Of a stretch of 64,000 bases of DNA, positions 10,142-20,518 are shown piece by piece. The notes under the pieces were generated by a model. It made no database searches. It saw nothing but the letters and a program-made list of their open reading frames with translations, and was not told the origin of the DNA. The DNA comes from Nitrosopumilus sp. (GTDB lineage: Archaea; Thermoproteota; Nitrososphaeria; Nitrososphaerales; Nitrosopumilaceae), in assembly GCA_965223425.1 (NCBI GenBank), contig OZ245003.1, positions 768,001 to 832,000 of the forward strand, given 5' to 3'. The translations under genes were made by a program, and so were the position numbers. Within the stretch, counting starts at the first letter, position 1; every line of letters starts with the position of its first letter.

Positions 10142-10594
10142 ATGTCCGTAAAACTAGAAGGAATGCCTACGCACCTGGCTACTGCAGACACATTTACTGG
10201 AAAAAAAGTCATAGATAGAGAAGGAATAGAGTATGGTAAAGTCAAACACATACACATCAATCAAGATACCCTCACTGTATCTGGTGTTACAATCCATCAT
10301 GGATTCAACAAAGACTATTTTCTTTCAGAAGACTACATAGACAAGTTTTCTAAAGAAACACTGCTTCTTAGTCGACCCCCTGTTAGAACTGGAGTTCCAG
10401 TAGTGGATATTGATCGCCATAAAATTGGTAAAGTAAAACGACTACACAGACATCCTGATACCAATGAATTGGAGTCAATCGAAGTCACTGCCGGTCTTAG
10501 GCATTCTAAGATCCTCTCTAAATCCGAAATTTGGGGAATAGGAGAAAAAGTCATTTTACGAATGACCAAAGAAGAATTCAAGAATATTGAATAA
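10142..10594 (+). CDS. Tandem PRC-barrel protein
   Basis: GKKVIDREGIEYGKVK and GVPVVDIDRHKIGKVK. Confidence 0.8.
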   Translation: MSVKLEGMPTHLATADTFTGKKVIDREGIEYGKVKHIHINQDTLTVSGVTIHHGFNKDYFLSEDYIDKFSKETLLLSRPPVRTGVPVVDIDRHKIGKVKRLHRHPDTNELESIEVTAGLRHSKILSKSEIWGIGEKVILRMTKEEFKNIE

Positions 10595-10633
10595 TTTCTT
10601 TCAGACTTCTTTTTTCAAAATAACATTTTTTGG

Positions 10634-10732
10634 TTAACCTGTTTTTTTAGTACATGTCGTACAAACAGGAATTCCTTCCCGGACTGTTATTTCTACGTTT
10701 GATGAGTGACATTTCTGGCAAAGCCCTTTCAT
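10634..10732 (-). CDS. Small CxxC..CxxC zinc-finger peptide
   Basis: MKGLCQKCHSSNVEITVREGIPVCTTC. Confidence 0.55.
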   Translation of the reverse strand: MKGLCQKCHSSNVEITVREGIPVCTTCTKKTG

Positions 10733-10802
10733 AAAGTAAATTCTCAAATCACTCTTTAAATTTTTTATGAGTGTGGCCAAATCAATACTTAGCAATTTAT
10801 AA

Positions 10803-11819
10803 TTGACAAGTGCGATCAATGTGTTGTATTCGATAGAAACAAAGTCTCTCACAAAATCTTTTGGTGATGTAGTTGCAGTTGACGATATTTCTTTTTCAGT
10901 TCAAAAAGGTGAGATCTTTGGATTTTTGGGACCTAACGGTGCTGGAAAAAGTACCACAATGATGATCCTTACAACATTGCTAAAACCAACATCCGGTCAA
11001 GCCTTGATCTCCGAATTTGATGTAGCGACAAATGCAAAACAAGTCCGAGAAAATATTGGATATGTGCAGCAAGAGACAACTGTTGATGAATATCTAACTG
11101 GACGGGAAAATCTTTTGCTACAAGCAAAACTCAATCACATCCCAAAGGACGAAATGAGCAAGAGAATTGATGAAGTTTTGGATCTAATTGAGCTTGGTGA
11201 CAAGCAAGATGAGCCTGTAGTTACATACTCTGGTGGCATGAGAAAACGCCTGGATATTGCCTGTGGTTTCTTACATCGACCAAAAGTGTTGTTTCTTGAC
11301 GAGCCTACTGTAGGCTTGGATATTCAAACTCGTAGAAAAATTTGGGAATATATCAAAAAAATTCATGATGCGTTTGAGATGACCATATTCCTCACAACTC
11401 ACTATATGGAGGAGGCAGATCAACTCTGTGACCGAATTGGGATAATTGACGGTGGAAAAATTCAGGTGATTGACTCTCCAGAGAATATGAAAAATGCAAT
11501 GGGCAACGAAGTCATTTCACTAGTTTTTGAAGGCAAAAACCGTGACTCTTTCTTATCTGAGCTTCAAAAAATTGAATTTGTAAACAAAATTAATGAAGAT
11601 GGCTCTAAACTTACTTTGTTTGCATCAAACGGAACCGAAGTTATTCCAAAAGTTTTTCAAATCTCATCTGAACTGGATACCAAAATCACTTCTATCTCTC
11701 TTACACAGCCAACACTTGATGACGTGTTCATATCGTACACCGGACATGAAATTAGAGACGATGATTCTGGTTTTAATCGAAAACGTGAACATGCAAAGAT
11801 GACGAGGTTACGTGCATGA
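10803..11819 (+). CDS. ABC transporter ATP-binding protein (DrrA-like)
   Basis: GPNGAGKST, YSGGM, LFLDEP. Confidence 0.95.
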   Translation: MTSAINVLYSIETKSLTKSFGDVVAVDDISFSVQKGEIFGFLGPNGAGKSTTMMILTTLLKPTSGQALISEFDVATNAKQVRENIGYVQQETTVDEYLTGRENLLLQAKLNHIPKDEMSKRIDEVLDLIELGDKQDEPVVTYSGGMRKRLDIACGFLHRPKVLFLDEPTVGLDIQTRRKIWEYIKKIHDAFEMTIFLTTHYMEEADQLCDRIGIIDGGKIQVIDSPENMKNAMGNEVISLVFEGKNRDSFLSELQKIEFVNKINEDGSKLTLFASNGTEVIPKVFQISSELDTKITSISLTQPTLDDVFISYTGHEIRDDDSGFNRKREHAKMTRLRA

Positions 11820-12601
11820 ATCCTCTGATGTATGATACCTATACAATTTTTTGGAGGGAACTAAAGCGATACAAAAAATCACGAAGTGGGGTTCTAATTA
11901 GGCTGATTCAACCTGCAATTTGGATCATAGTAATTGGAAATACTTTTTCAGGAACTCAGCCATTAATCCAGTCCGTTGGATTTGAAGGAGAATACATCGA
12001 GTTTATGGCACCTGGCGTCATTATTCTTACTGCAATTTTTACTAGCATTTTTGGTGGCGTCAATACGTTATGGGATAGACGATATGGTTTTATGAACAAG
12101 GCATTGACTTCTCCAATTTCCCGTTCTGCAATCGCTCTGGGAAAAATGTCTGCAATTTCCTTGATTGCAGCTCTGCAGGCTAGCTTGATTTTAGGAATTG
12201 CTTTGGCAATTGGCGTTACTTTTCCAAACCCAATTATGATTGCACCAATTATGGCAATTGTTATCTTGTTTTCATTGGGATTCTCCGGGATTTCTGTACT
12301 GGTTGCAGCAACTGCAAAGTCCCAAGAAACCTTTTGGGGCATGATCAATTTTCTTGGAATGCCGTTGTTTATGCTAAGCCCTGCATTATTCCCATTGGAG
12401 TTACTACCTGGTTGGTTGGCCGCAATAGCAAAGCTGAATCCGGTTACTTACACAGTTTTGCTGGTAAGGGAGATGATGACTGGGATCTCTGAAGGTGGGG
12501 TTCCAATACTGCTCAGCCTTGGAATCATCTTTGCATTTGTGCTTGTAATGGTTGGCCTGACAAGCTATGTGTTTACGCGTGAAGTAAACAAGCCATTTTG
12601 A
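11816..12601 (+). CDS. ABC-2 permease
   Basis: Six TM segments, NPVTY; overlaps the ATPase stop. Confidence 0.92.
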   Translation: MNPLMYDTYTIFWRELKRYKKSRSGVLIRLIQPAIWIIVIGNTFSGTQPLIQSVGFEGEYIEFMAPGVIILTAIFTSIFGGVNTLWDRRYGFMNKALTSPISRSAIALGKMSAISLIAALQASLILGIALAIGVTFPNPIMIAPIMAIVILFSLGFSGISVLVAATAKSQETFWGMINFLGMPLFMLSPALFPLELLPGWLAAIAKLNPVTYTVLLVREMMTGISEGGVPILLSLGIIFAFVLVMVGLTSYVFTREVNKPF

Positions 12602-12672
12602 CAGAAAATTGACAAAAATTGTAACATTTGCAAACTCTTGTTATGTTTCTCTAATTTTATCACCATAATCTG

Positions 12673-14247
12673 TTGAAATTAATCCTTGGAATAATGGCAT
12701 TTTCCGTACTGCTGCTAGCTAGCCCGTTTTCTCAAAGTTCACTTGGATTGGGAGGCTATGATCTTATCTCTGAATGGGGCTCATTTGGAATAGTGGAACC
12801 CGGCCATTTTTCACATCCACAATTTATTGCAGTGGGAGGTGATGGTAGCATCTATGTCGGTGATTTTGGAAACAAACGCGTCCAAAAATTCTCAAGCAAT
12901 GGTGAATACATTACTGAATGGGGTAAAAGCGGAAAACAGTCCGGAGAATTTCATTATCCCTCAGGGATTGCGATACATGGCGATTCTGTTTTTGTTGCAG
13001 ACCGTGACCTAAATAGAATTCAAAAGTTTTCAACTGATGGAGAATTTGTTACCGAATGGGGTGAAAAAGGAACCCATGAAGGCCAATTTCGATTTCCAAA
13101 TGGAATTGCCGTAAATAATGGAACTGTGTATGTTGTTGATACTGGCAATTACCGAATTCAAGCGTTTTCAACTGATGGAGAATTTATTTCATCATTTGGT
13201 TCTAGCGGACTAGGGGAAGGACAGTTACTAACTGCTATTGGAATTGATATTGATTCGGATGGAACTGTCTATGTTGCTGATAGAGGCAATGGCAAAATTG
13301 AAAAGTTTACTGCTAACGGTGAGTTTATCGAGTCGTTAAAATTTGATTCACACGATTACACCTTTTCCCCTGAAGCAATAGCAATTGATCCTAATGGTGA
13401 AATGTTTGTTGTTAATGCCGGAAATAATAGAATTTTACACTTGTCTCAGGATTCTAATTTGTTTCTAAATTACATTGAACGATTGGGACCCTATCCTGAT
13501 TCGTTTGATGTTATCACTGACCTGACAATTGGACCTAATGGCGAACTGTTTGTTGTGGATTCTCTAAAACATAAAATCCAATCTTTTAAAACACCGTTTT
13601 ACGTAGAACCTGAAATTGTTGCCTTTGTAGAGGTTCCTGTAGTCGAAGATCCCCCAGAAGATCAAACAAAGCCTGAAATCATTGCACCAATTTCATTGGA
13701 AGTTGAGGCCGAAGATATGCTAACTACTGTGTCTTATGGTAAGGCAACTGCAACTGATGCCAGTGGCATCAAAGAAATCATCAATAATGCCCCTGAAGCA
13801 TTTCCTCCTGGTATCACAAACATAATTTGGATTGCATTTGATAACGCAGGACATTCTTCTAACGTATACCAGACAATTAATGTAAAGACATGCGGTAAGG
13901 CATACTCTGATTATAATCTCATTGAAGGAACTCAAGGATATGATGTAATTAATGGTACGGATGGTGATGATCTAATCTTTGGATTGGCAGGAAATGATCT
14001 TATTTTTGGCGGTTTGGGAAATGACTGCATCTTTGGCGGTTTTGGCAATGATACCATCTTTGGCGGCCCTGGCAATGATGTCATCTTTGGCAATGATGGA
14101 AATGACACAATAAACGGAGGCTTTGGAATTGATCTACTTTATGCAGGTCCTGGATCTGATGAACTAGATGGCAACTATGATCATGATCGATGCTATACTT
14201 CAGATGCCAACGGCGATCTGCTGTTAAACTGTGAAGAAAAATTCTAA
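12673..14247 (+). CDS. Secreted NHL-repeat protein with HYR-like domain and RTX (GGxGND) calcium-binding repeats
   Basis: Repeated F..P.GIA/V.D..N.RIQKF units; GGLGND, GGFGND, GGPGND. Confidence 0.88.
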   Translation: MKLILGIMAFSVLLLASPFSQSSLGLGGYDLISEWGSFGIVEPGHFSHPQFIAVGGDGSIYVGDFGNKRVQKFSSNGEYITEWGKSGKQSGEFHYPSGIAIHGDSVFVADRDLNRIQKFSTDGEFVTEWGEKGTHEGQFRFPNGIAVNNGTVYVVDTGNYRIQAFSTDGEFISSFGSSGLGEGQLLTAIGIDIDSDGTVYVADRGNGKIEKFTANGEFIESLKFDSHDYTFSPEAIAIDPNGEMFVVNAGNNRILHLSQDSNLFLNYIERLGPYPDSFDVITDLTIGPNGELFVVDSLKHKIQSFKTPFYVEPEIVAFVEVPVVEDPPEDQTKPEIIAPISLEVEAEDMLTTVSYGKATATDASGIKEIINNAPEAFPPGITNIIWIAFDNAGHSSNVYQTINVKTCGKAYSDYNLIEGTQGYDVINGTDGDDLIFGLAGNDLIFGGLGNDCIFGGFGNDTIFGGPGNDVIFGNDGNDTINGGFGIDLLYAGPGSDELDGNYDHDRCYTSDANGDLLLNCEEKF

Positions 14248-14312
14248 TCTATATAGTTGACCATACTATATGTTTGCTAACTGTAAATAAATTTCAAAAT
14301 AACGTATCCCTA

Positions 14313-15857
14313 ATGAGAACAAAAATAACATCACTGCTGATGATTGCAACCTTGGTTGCTATCGCACCGCCATTAAACGCAAATGCTGAATCAATGCCCG
14401 AAACACCTCAAGCAAATTTAGACTATAACCTAGTTGGAGCTGGTGCAACGTTTCCATTCCCATTAATTGATTTGTGGAGAGTTGAATACAACAAAATTTA
14501 CGACAACGTAAATCTGAACTACCAATCAATTGGAAGTGGCGGTGGAATTAAGCAACACATTGAAAGAACCGTAAATTTTGCAGCCTCAGATAAACCAATG
14601 AGTGAAGCCGAAATAGAGCTAGCTTCTGGAACACTACACATTCCTGAATCAGTTGGAGGTGTAGTTTTAGTGTACAACGTTCCTGAAGTTCCAAACAAGG
14701 GTCTTAAGCTAACTGCTGATGTCGTAGCTGGAATCTTTTTGGGAGATATTACAAAATGGAACGATCCTGCCATAGTTGCAGAAAACCCAAGATTGAACCT
14801 GCCTGACAAAGACATAGTTACTGCACACAGATCAGACGGCTCTGGAACCACTTTCATATTCACAGATTATCTATCTGTAGTCAGCCCTACGTGGGATGAA
14901 CAGATAGGTAAAGGAAAATCTATTCCATGGCCTTCTGGTCTTGCTGCTGCAGGAAATGAAGGTGTTGCCGGCATCGTAAAGTCTACTGAATATGCAATTG
15001 GATACATTGAACTTGCTTATGCATTCCAAACAGGAATGAGTTATGCATATATTCAAAACGCTGAAAAATCTGCATTCATTGAACCATCATTGGACAGCAT
15101 TTCTGCTGCATCTAGTGGTGTTGCTGACACTTTACCTGCAGCTGAAGACAGCTGGGTTGGAGTGTCACTAGTCAATGCACCAGGTTCTGATTCCTACCCA
15201 ATTGCTAGTTTCACATACCTACTTGTGTATGATGATCTAAAACCGGTAACAAAAAGCAAAGAACAAGCAAAAGCCATAATCCATCTAATTAATTGGATGA
15301 TTACTGATGGTCAGGAATTCTCACCAAGTTTGCTATATGTCCCACTTGCCGATAAGGTAACAAAACTTGGACAAGCAGGATTAAAACAAGTAACATATGG
15401 CGGTGAAGTTCTTTGGGGTGCAAAAGCATCTGCAGATTCAGGAAATATGCCAGAGATGACACAGCAAACTGTAAATGAAGAAAACGGAGGTTGCCTAATT
15501 GCAACTGCAACATATGGTTCTGAAATGGCGCCACAAGTTCAGTTGTTAAGAGAAATTCGTGATAACCAGCTAATGAATACCGCATTTGGCATGTCATTTA
15601 TGGCCGGATTCAATCAGTTGTACTATTCATTCTCGCCACACATTGCTGACATGGAAAGAGAAAGTCCAGCGTTCAAGGAAATGGTAAAGATCGGAATAAC
15701 CCCGTTGCTATCATCCTTGTCCATCATGGAATATGCCGAGTCAGACTCTGAAGTGCTAGGATATGGCATCGGTGCAATTCTGATGAATCTTGGAATGTAC
15801 TTTGCAGCACCGGCTATGTTGTTTTACAGAATAGCAAAGAGAATAAGGCATTCTTGA
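14313..15857 (+). CDS. pstS: Phosphate-binding protein PstS with CFI-box-CTERM anchor
   Basis: GAGATFP, YQSIGSGGG, HRSDGSGTT; C-terminal GGCLIATATYGSEMAPQVQLLRE. Confidence 0.95.
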   Translation: MRTKITSLLMIATLVAIAPPLNANAESMPETPQANLDYNLVGAGATFPFPLIDLWRVEYNKIYDNVNLNYQSIGSGGGIKQHIERTVNFAASDKPMSEAEIELASGTLHIPESVGGVVLVYNVPEVPNKGLKLTADVVAGIFLGDITKWNDPAIVAENPRLNLPDKDIVTAHRSDGSGTTFIFTDYLSVVSPTWDEQIGKGKSIPWPSGLAAAGNEGVAGIVKSTEYAIGYIELAYAFQTGMSYAYIQNAEKSAFIEPSLDSISAASSGVADTLPAAEDSWVGVSLVNAPGSDSYPIASFTYLLVYDDLKPVTKSKEQAKAIIHLINWMITDGQEFSPSLLYVPLADKVTKLGQAGLKQVTYGGEVLWGAKASADSGNMPEMTQQTVNEENGGCLIATATYGSEMAPQVQLLREIRDNQLMNTAFGMSFMAGFNQLYYSFSPHIADMERESPAFKEMVKIGITPLLSSLSIMEYAESDSEVLGYGIGAILMNLGMYFAAPAMLFYRIAKRIRHS

Positions 15858-15886
15858 TCTACGCCATTTTTTATTTATTTTTGAGA

Positions 15887-17134
15887 TCAACTAGTGGTTC
15901 TGATCAAATCTCGGTTCTGTGAAGTTATCGGGAGTTGACCCCTATAACTCGACTTTGACATATCGACTATTCGGACTACCAATGGTGTGCTGGGTTCCGT
16001 CATCGCCGGCTCAAAAGTGCCGGACTGCGCTTCACATATGTCATCTCTACTACCCCTAAACCTGGGGGGCAGCTTGCGTGATATGTTGTTCATGGCAGCG
16101 ACAATATCCCTGTCCATAAACAAACCGCAATTATTACACGACAGTTTACGATGTTGTTGTTGCATGTCCTCTTGGAGTCTCTTTCCGCATTGCGGACACT
16201 GCGTGCTCGTGTTTCTTGGGTCTACTGTCTCGACTGGAGGTAGCCCGACCCATTGGGCTTTGTATTCTATTTGGCGTTGCAGCTCGTAGAATTGCCACCC
16301 GTTCAATCTGCGCCTGTACTTGTTGCCTTGACTGTTTCCTTTTCGGTACAATTTTCTTATTCCTTTCAGGTTTTCCATGACGATTGCAGTCTTGTTTTTG
16401 ACTGCGTTGTCTACTATATCCTTTGAGATTCTGTGGATGTACTGCCTTGCTCTGTCAGTCAGTCTTCTCTGTCTTTCCTTGTAGAACTGATTTTTCTTCC
16501 TGCGGTCATTTCTGTGGAAGCCTGCCCTGGCGTGTATTGTGTTCTCCTTTATGGATAACAGCTTGTTTGTCTTGTAGACTGTCACCCCTTCCTCGTTCCC
16601 ACACGTCACATTTCTTAGGTTTCTGTCTATTCCGACTTTCTTGGTGCACTCTATCTCTTGTACTTTTTTTGAAACACAAAGACTGATGTTGAGGGCAGTC
16701 AGTGAAAACGAGCGCACCGTCAGGGCGGGATCAGACAGGATTTTTTGGGTGTGATCGTTGAGTAAAATGTTGATTGGGTTATGTTTCTTGTATGGGATTG
16801 TTAGTAGTGCACCGTTGTGTTTTATGCCGTAACAGTTTGTCATAAAGGGATTTTTGACTATTGGATCTCTTATTCTGACACCTCGTTTGACTGATTGTTT
16901 TCTGTTTGATAATATGCCTGCAGCTTTTGATATTGCACATATCTTGTATGTTGATAAAATGTCATAGTTACGCAATTCGTGATAACATAACATGGACAGC
17001 CTCTTCATATTGTGAGTGTCTTCTTTCAACCCTATCTTGATGCAATGATTGGCCATCTTTGTGAATGTAGCCGCCATATCCATTAGGTCAGAGTTCGGCG
17101 CATATTTCTGTGATATTGGCTTTATCGCCTTCAG
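15887..17134 (-). CDS. tnpB: TnpB RNA-guided nuclease (start uncertain: CTG 17134 or ATG 17083)
   Basis: RuvC VGIDRNL / IVMENL / DRDIVAAMN, zinc finger CPQC..CNNC. The ORF runs through the TIR and stops in the flank. Confidence 0.92.
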   Translation of the reverse strand: MKAIKPISQKYAPNSDLMDMAATFTKMANHCIKIGLKEDTHNMKRLSMLCYHELRNYDILSTYKICAISKAAGILSNRKQSVKRGVRIRDPIVKNPFMTNCYGIKHNGALLTIPYKKHNPINILLNDHTQKILSDPALTVRSFSLTALNISLCVSKKVQEIECTKKVGIDRNLRNVTCGNEEGVTVYKTNKLLSIKENTIHARAGFHRNDRRKKNQFYKERQRRLTDRARQYIHRISKDIVDNAVKNKTAIVMENLKGIRKLYRKGNSQGNKYRRRLNGWQFYELQRQIEYKAQWVGLPPVETVDPRNTSTQCPQCGKRLQEDMQQQHRKLSCNNCGLFMDRDIVAAMNNISRKLPPRFRGSRDDICEAQSGTFEPAMTEPSTPLVVRIVDMSKSSYRGQLPITSQNRDLIRTTS

Positions 17135-17251
17135 CGAATATCTTGCGGTTTGGAGGCTTATACATTTTGGGAATTGACATATAACCCCCGATAACTTCAC
17201 AGACGTTATACGAAATCTTTTCTGTATCCTGTGATGTATCGTTACTGTTGG

Positions 17252-17370
17252 GCCTGAGAGTTGAATGGTTACTGTCATGTACAAGGGCGTTTCACAGACT
17301 AACTCAAAGTGAGCGGAAAACAAAATACCACACAGATGATGGTGAATGGGAGCATTCCGCAGAATCAGGC
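17252..17370 (+). ncRNA. Candidate IS110 bridge RNA core
   Basis: Outer stem GCCTGA/TCAGGC encloses two internal loops, one with TTCACAG (target flank plus core) and one with ATGGGAG (donor end plus core). Confidence 0.72.
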
Positions 17371-17396
17371 AATTTGATCAGAAAGGAGGTGATAAT

Positions 17397-18471
17397 ATGA
17401 TCAGCATAGGAATTGACGTTCACAAAAACAGGTGCGTTGCAACAGTAAAAAAAGATACCAGAAAAAAGCTGGAACAGTCAAGCTTTGAGAACACCACACG
17501 TGGAATAACGGGTTTTATCAGACACGTCAAAAAGACATACGGCAAAGACATGCAAGCAGTGTGCGAATCAACTGCCAACTACTGGATTAGACTGCATGAC
17601 ACACTGGAGGATAACGGCATTGATACTGTTCTTGCACACCCTGCAAAGACCAAGATAATAGCACAGGCAAAACTCAAAAACGACAAGCTCGATTCAGACG
17701 TATTGGCAGACCTGCTAAGATCTGACATGGTGTACGAGTCATTTGTACCAGAAAAATACTATCGGGACCTGCGCAGTCTGGTAAGAACAAGACTGAATCG
17801 CGTACACAGTGTCTCAAAACACAAAAACATGATTTATGCAATACTTGCAAAATACGACTACACCCAACCGACAATAAAGACATTCTCACAGAAAGGAATC
17901 AGATGGCTGCATGAAATCAGTCTGACAGAAGTTGACAGGATGGCAATGGACGCATATCTTGAAAACATTGAGATGAATCAAAAACAGATTGACACATTTG
18001 AGACAAAGATTGCCGCAATTAGCAACGAGGATGAAAGGGCAAGACTAGTCATGACAATGCCTGGAATAAGCTATGTCACGGCACTGACAATAATATCCGA
18101 GATAGTTGACATTAACAGATTTGCAACAGCAGAGAAACTCGTCTCATATGCGGGACTTGCACCATCGCACAGGGACAGCGGAGAGACGCAAAAAGGAGGC
18201 GGCGGAATAACAAAACGTGGTTCTGCATGGCTGCGCAATGCAGGTGGAGGCTGCAAACACCACGATACGATTTGATCCAAGGATGGAATCATTTTATTCA
18301 AGAATCGCAAAGAGAAGAAGAAAACAAAAGGCAAGAATAGCAGCTGCAAGGCAGATGATGCTTGAGATAATCTGGCACATGCTAACAAACATGGAGGAAT
18401 ACCGCACACAGAATCACGAGTTGACGCAAAGAAAGTATAAGAAGATGCAAGACAAATCAGAAACATCCTGA
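17397..18471 (+). pseudogene. IS110 recombinase, frameshift near 18243
   Basis: IGIDVHK, AVCESTANYW, KNDKLDS, GLAPSHRDSG; strong SD AGGAGGTG; C-terminus (VEAA..RIAAARQM) in another frame. Confidence 0.9.
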
Positions 18472-18611
18472 TTCAGCAAAGCACACTGAGAATGGCCCGC
18501 AGTAGGATAAGGGACGATTTCGTATGGGAGAACCCAAATCTCTATAGAACTATATTCTTCGCATAAAATATGATGATATCCTAGATAACTCCATTTTTAC
18601 GTTCAACAAAT

Positions 18612-19589
18612 GTGGGACATGTAAAGTTCAAACAAAAAAAGCCGAAAAGACGTTCAATTTCTGATAAAATCTTCAAAGTTGGCGCAACTGTAGCAGGCGT
18701 TTACGTTTTAGTGATGATTGTATTGTTAGCCTTTCAATTACTCTCTGAATCATATCCTGTTTGGGAAGAAGAAGGCTTGGGATTCATCTCCGGTACTGAC
18801 TGGAATGCAGTGGAAGGACGTGAGTCTTTTGGTGCTTTGCCTTATATTTTGGGAACGCTAGTTACTGCGGCTCTGGCAATGGTGATAGGCGTTCCGCTAA
18901 GTCTTGGCATTGCAATGTTTATCTCAGATGCTCCTGCAAAGATTGGCGGCCCGTTAGGATTTCTAGTTGAACTTTTAGCTGCGGTTCCAAGCGTAATTTA
19001 TGGACTTTGGGGTCTTTTTGTTTTTAGAATTTATTTTAAGGATTGGATTGAGGTTCCACTTCACAACGCGTTTGGTGATTCTATTTGGTTGTTTTCTGGC
19101 ACTCCTTTTGGTTTAGACATTATCACCGCAAGTGTCATTTTAGCTATAATGATCATTCCGACAGTTTCAGCAGTATCTCGTGAAATAATGAAGGCAGTTC
19201 CTCAACAACAAAAAGAAGCTGCATACATGTTGGGTGCAACAAAGTGGGAGATGTTCAAACTCGCGGTATTTCCATATTCTAAAACCGGTTTGATTGGTGC
19301 GTCAATTCTTGGATTGGGCAGAGCTGTTGGCGAAACTATGGCCGTAACAATGTTGATTGGAAATGCTACGGGTCTTTCAGCAATTCCATCCTCCTTATTC
19401 AAACCAAGTCAAACCATGTCTAGTATTATTGCAAATGAGTTTGTTGAAGCATCTCCTGCATCGTTACATCTTCCTGCATTGATTGCTGTTGCGTTGGTCT
19501 TGCTACTCATTGCAATTGCAATCAATGTTGTAGCTCACATTTTAGTAACTAGAATGCTCAAGGTAAAGGAGGGTGCTATTAACAATTGA
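18612..19589 (+). CDS. pstC: Phosphate ABC permease PstC
   Basis: ELLAAVPSVIYGLWG, GRAVGETMAV. Confidence 0.95.
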   Translation: MGHVKFKQKKPKRRSISDKIFKVGATVAGVYVLVMIVLLAFQLLSESYPVWEEEGLGFISGTDWNAVEGRESFGALPYILGTLVTAALAMVIGVPLSLGIAMFISDAPAKIGGPLGFLVELLAAVPSVIYGLWGLFVFRIYFKDWIEVPLHNAFGDSIWLFSGTPFGLDIITASVILAIMIIPTVSAVSREIMKAVPQQQKEAAYMLGATKWEMFKLAVFPYSKTGLIGASILGLGRAVGETMAVTMLIGNATGLSAIPSSLFKPSQTMSSIIANEFVEASPASLHLPALIAVALVLLLIAIAINVVAHILVTRMLKVKEGAINN

Positions 19590-20518
19590 CCACTACGCCA
19601 GAAAAACGCCGTGAATACCGTGCCTTATTCAAACAAAATGTCGAGAGACGACTTGTTGTTGACAAAGTTGTTCGAATCATAGTTTTCGCATGTGTGATAA
19701 TTGCAATTGTTCCCTTGGGCAGCATTCTTGTTGAAGTTTTCAAAAACGGTATAACTGCAATCAGTTATGAATTTCTAACTGAAACTCCTGGTTCTATTGG
19801 TTCTGGTGAAGGTGGGATTGGACCTGCAATTCAAGGCACTTTGATAATAATTGGACTTTCCAGCCTGATTGGAGTCCCGATAGGTGTTATGTCTGGAATC
19901 TTTCTATCTGAATACGGCGACAACAAACTTGCAAGATCAATTCGTTTCTTCAATGACGTATTCATGGAATTCCCGTCAATTGTTCTTGGAATATTCGCAT
20001 TCTTAGTAATTGTGTTGATTCTTGGACATTTCTCAGTGTGGGCTGGTGCTTTTGCATTGTCATTAATCATGTTCCCTATCGTTGCTAGAACTACCGAAGA
20101 ATCCCTCAAAATGGTTCCTGTAACTTATCGTGAGGCTGGAACTGCTTTGGGCCTCAAAAAATGGGTGATTACTTTTAGAATTGTAATCTCAGCTGCCAAA
20201 AATGGAATGATCACTGGAATTTTACTTTCTGTATCTAGAATAGGTGGCGAAACTGCACCTTTAATCATGACTATCCTGGGCAGCAGTCAATTCTTTAGCA
20301 GTATGGATGTGCCCATGGATGCTCTTCCTTTGAGAATTTGGAGACTTTCTCTGTTGCCATATGATAGTGCACAACTTCAAGGATGGGGAGCTGCACTGGT
20401 TCTGATCTTTATCATTCTGGGAATTAACCTCGCAGTTAGATACTTCTTTGCAAACAAGAAGGGAAAGAATGGACTATTCGGACAATTAATTAAGAAAGGA
20501 GTTAAAAATAGAAATTGA
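19586..20518 (+). CDS. pstA: Phosphate ABC permease PstA
   Basis: [18 protein letters not shown]. Confidence 0.95.
   Translation: MTTTPEKRREYRALFKQNVERRLVVDKVVRIIVFACVIIAIVPLGSILVEVFKNGITAISYEFLTETPGSIGSGEGGIGPAIQGTLIIIGLSSLIGVPIGVMSGIFLSEYGDNKLARSIRFFNDVFMEFPSIVLGIFAFLVIVLILGHFSVWAGAFALSLIMFPIVARTTEESLKMVPVTYREAGTALGLKKWVITFRIVISAAKNGMITGILLSVSRIGGETAPLIMTILGSSQFFSSMDVPMDALPLRIWRLSLLPYDSAQLQGWGAALVLIFIILGINLAVRYFFANKKGKNGLFGQLIKKGVKNRN

Larger units (their letters stand above)
17203..18530 (+). mobile_element. IS110-family element inserted at an AG core
   Basis: AG(A) repeated at both junctions; subterminal IRs ATACGAAATC (17208) and GATTTCGTAT (18516). Confidence 0.85.
15913..18534 (-). 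mobile_element. TIR-bounded non-autonomous element carrying tnpB (one TIR interrupted by IS110)
   Basis: TIR GGTTCTGTGAAGTTATCGGG (15913-15932). Its reverse complement is rebuilt from 17187-17202 plus 18531-18534. 8-bp TSD CAAATCTC at 15905-15912 and 18535-18542. Confidence 0.88.

Noticed and set aside
17135-17323. N-terminal 63 aa of the 478-aa TnpB ORF
   Set aside because: Runs across the TIR into the IS110 end; not part of the element's gene.
17346-17396. Upstream ATG of the IS110 ORF
   Set aside because: Lies within the predicted RNA; a strong SD precedes ATG 17397.
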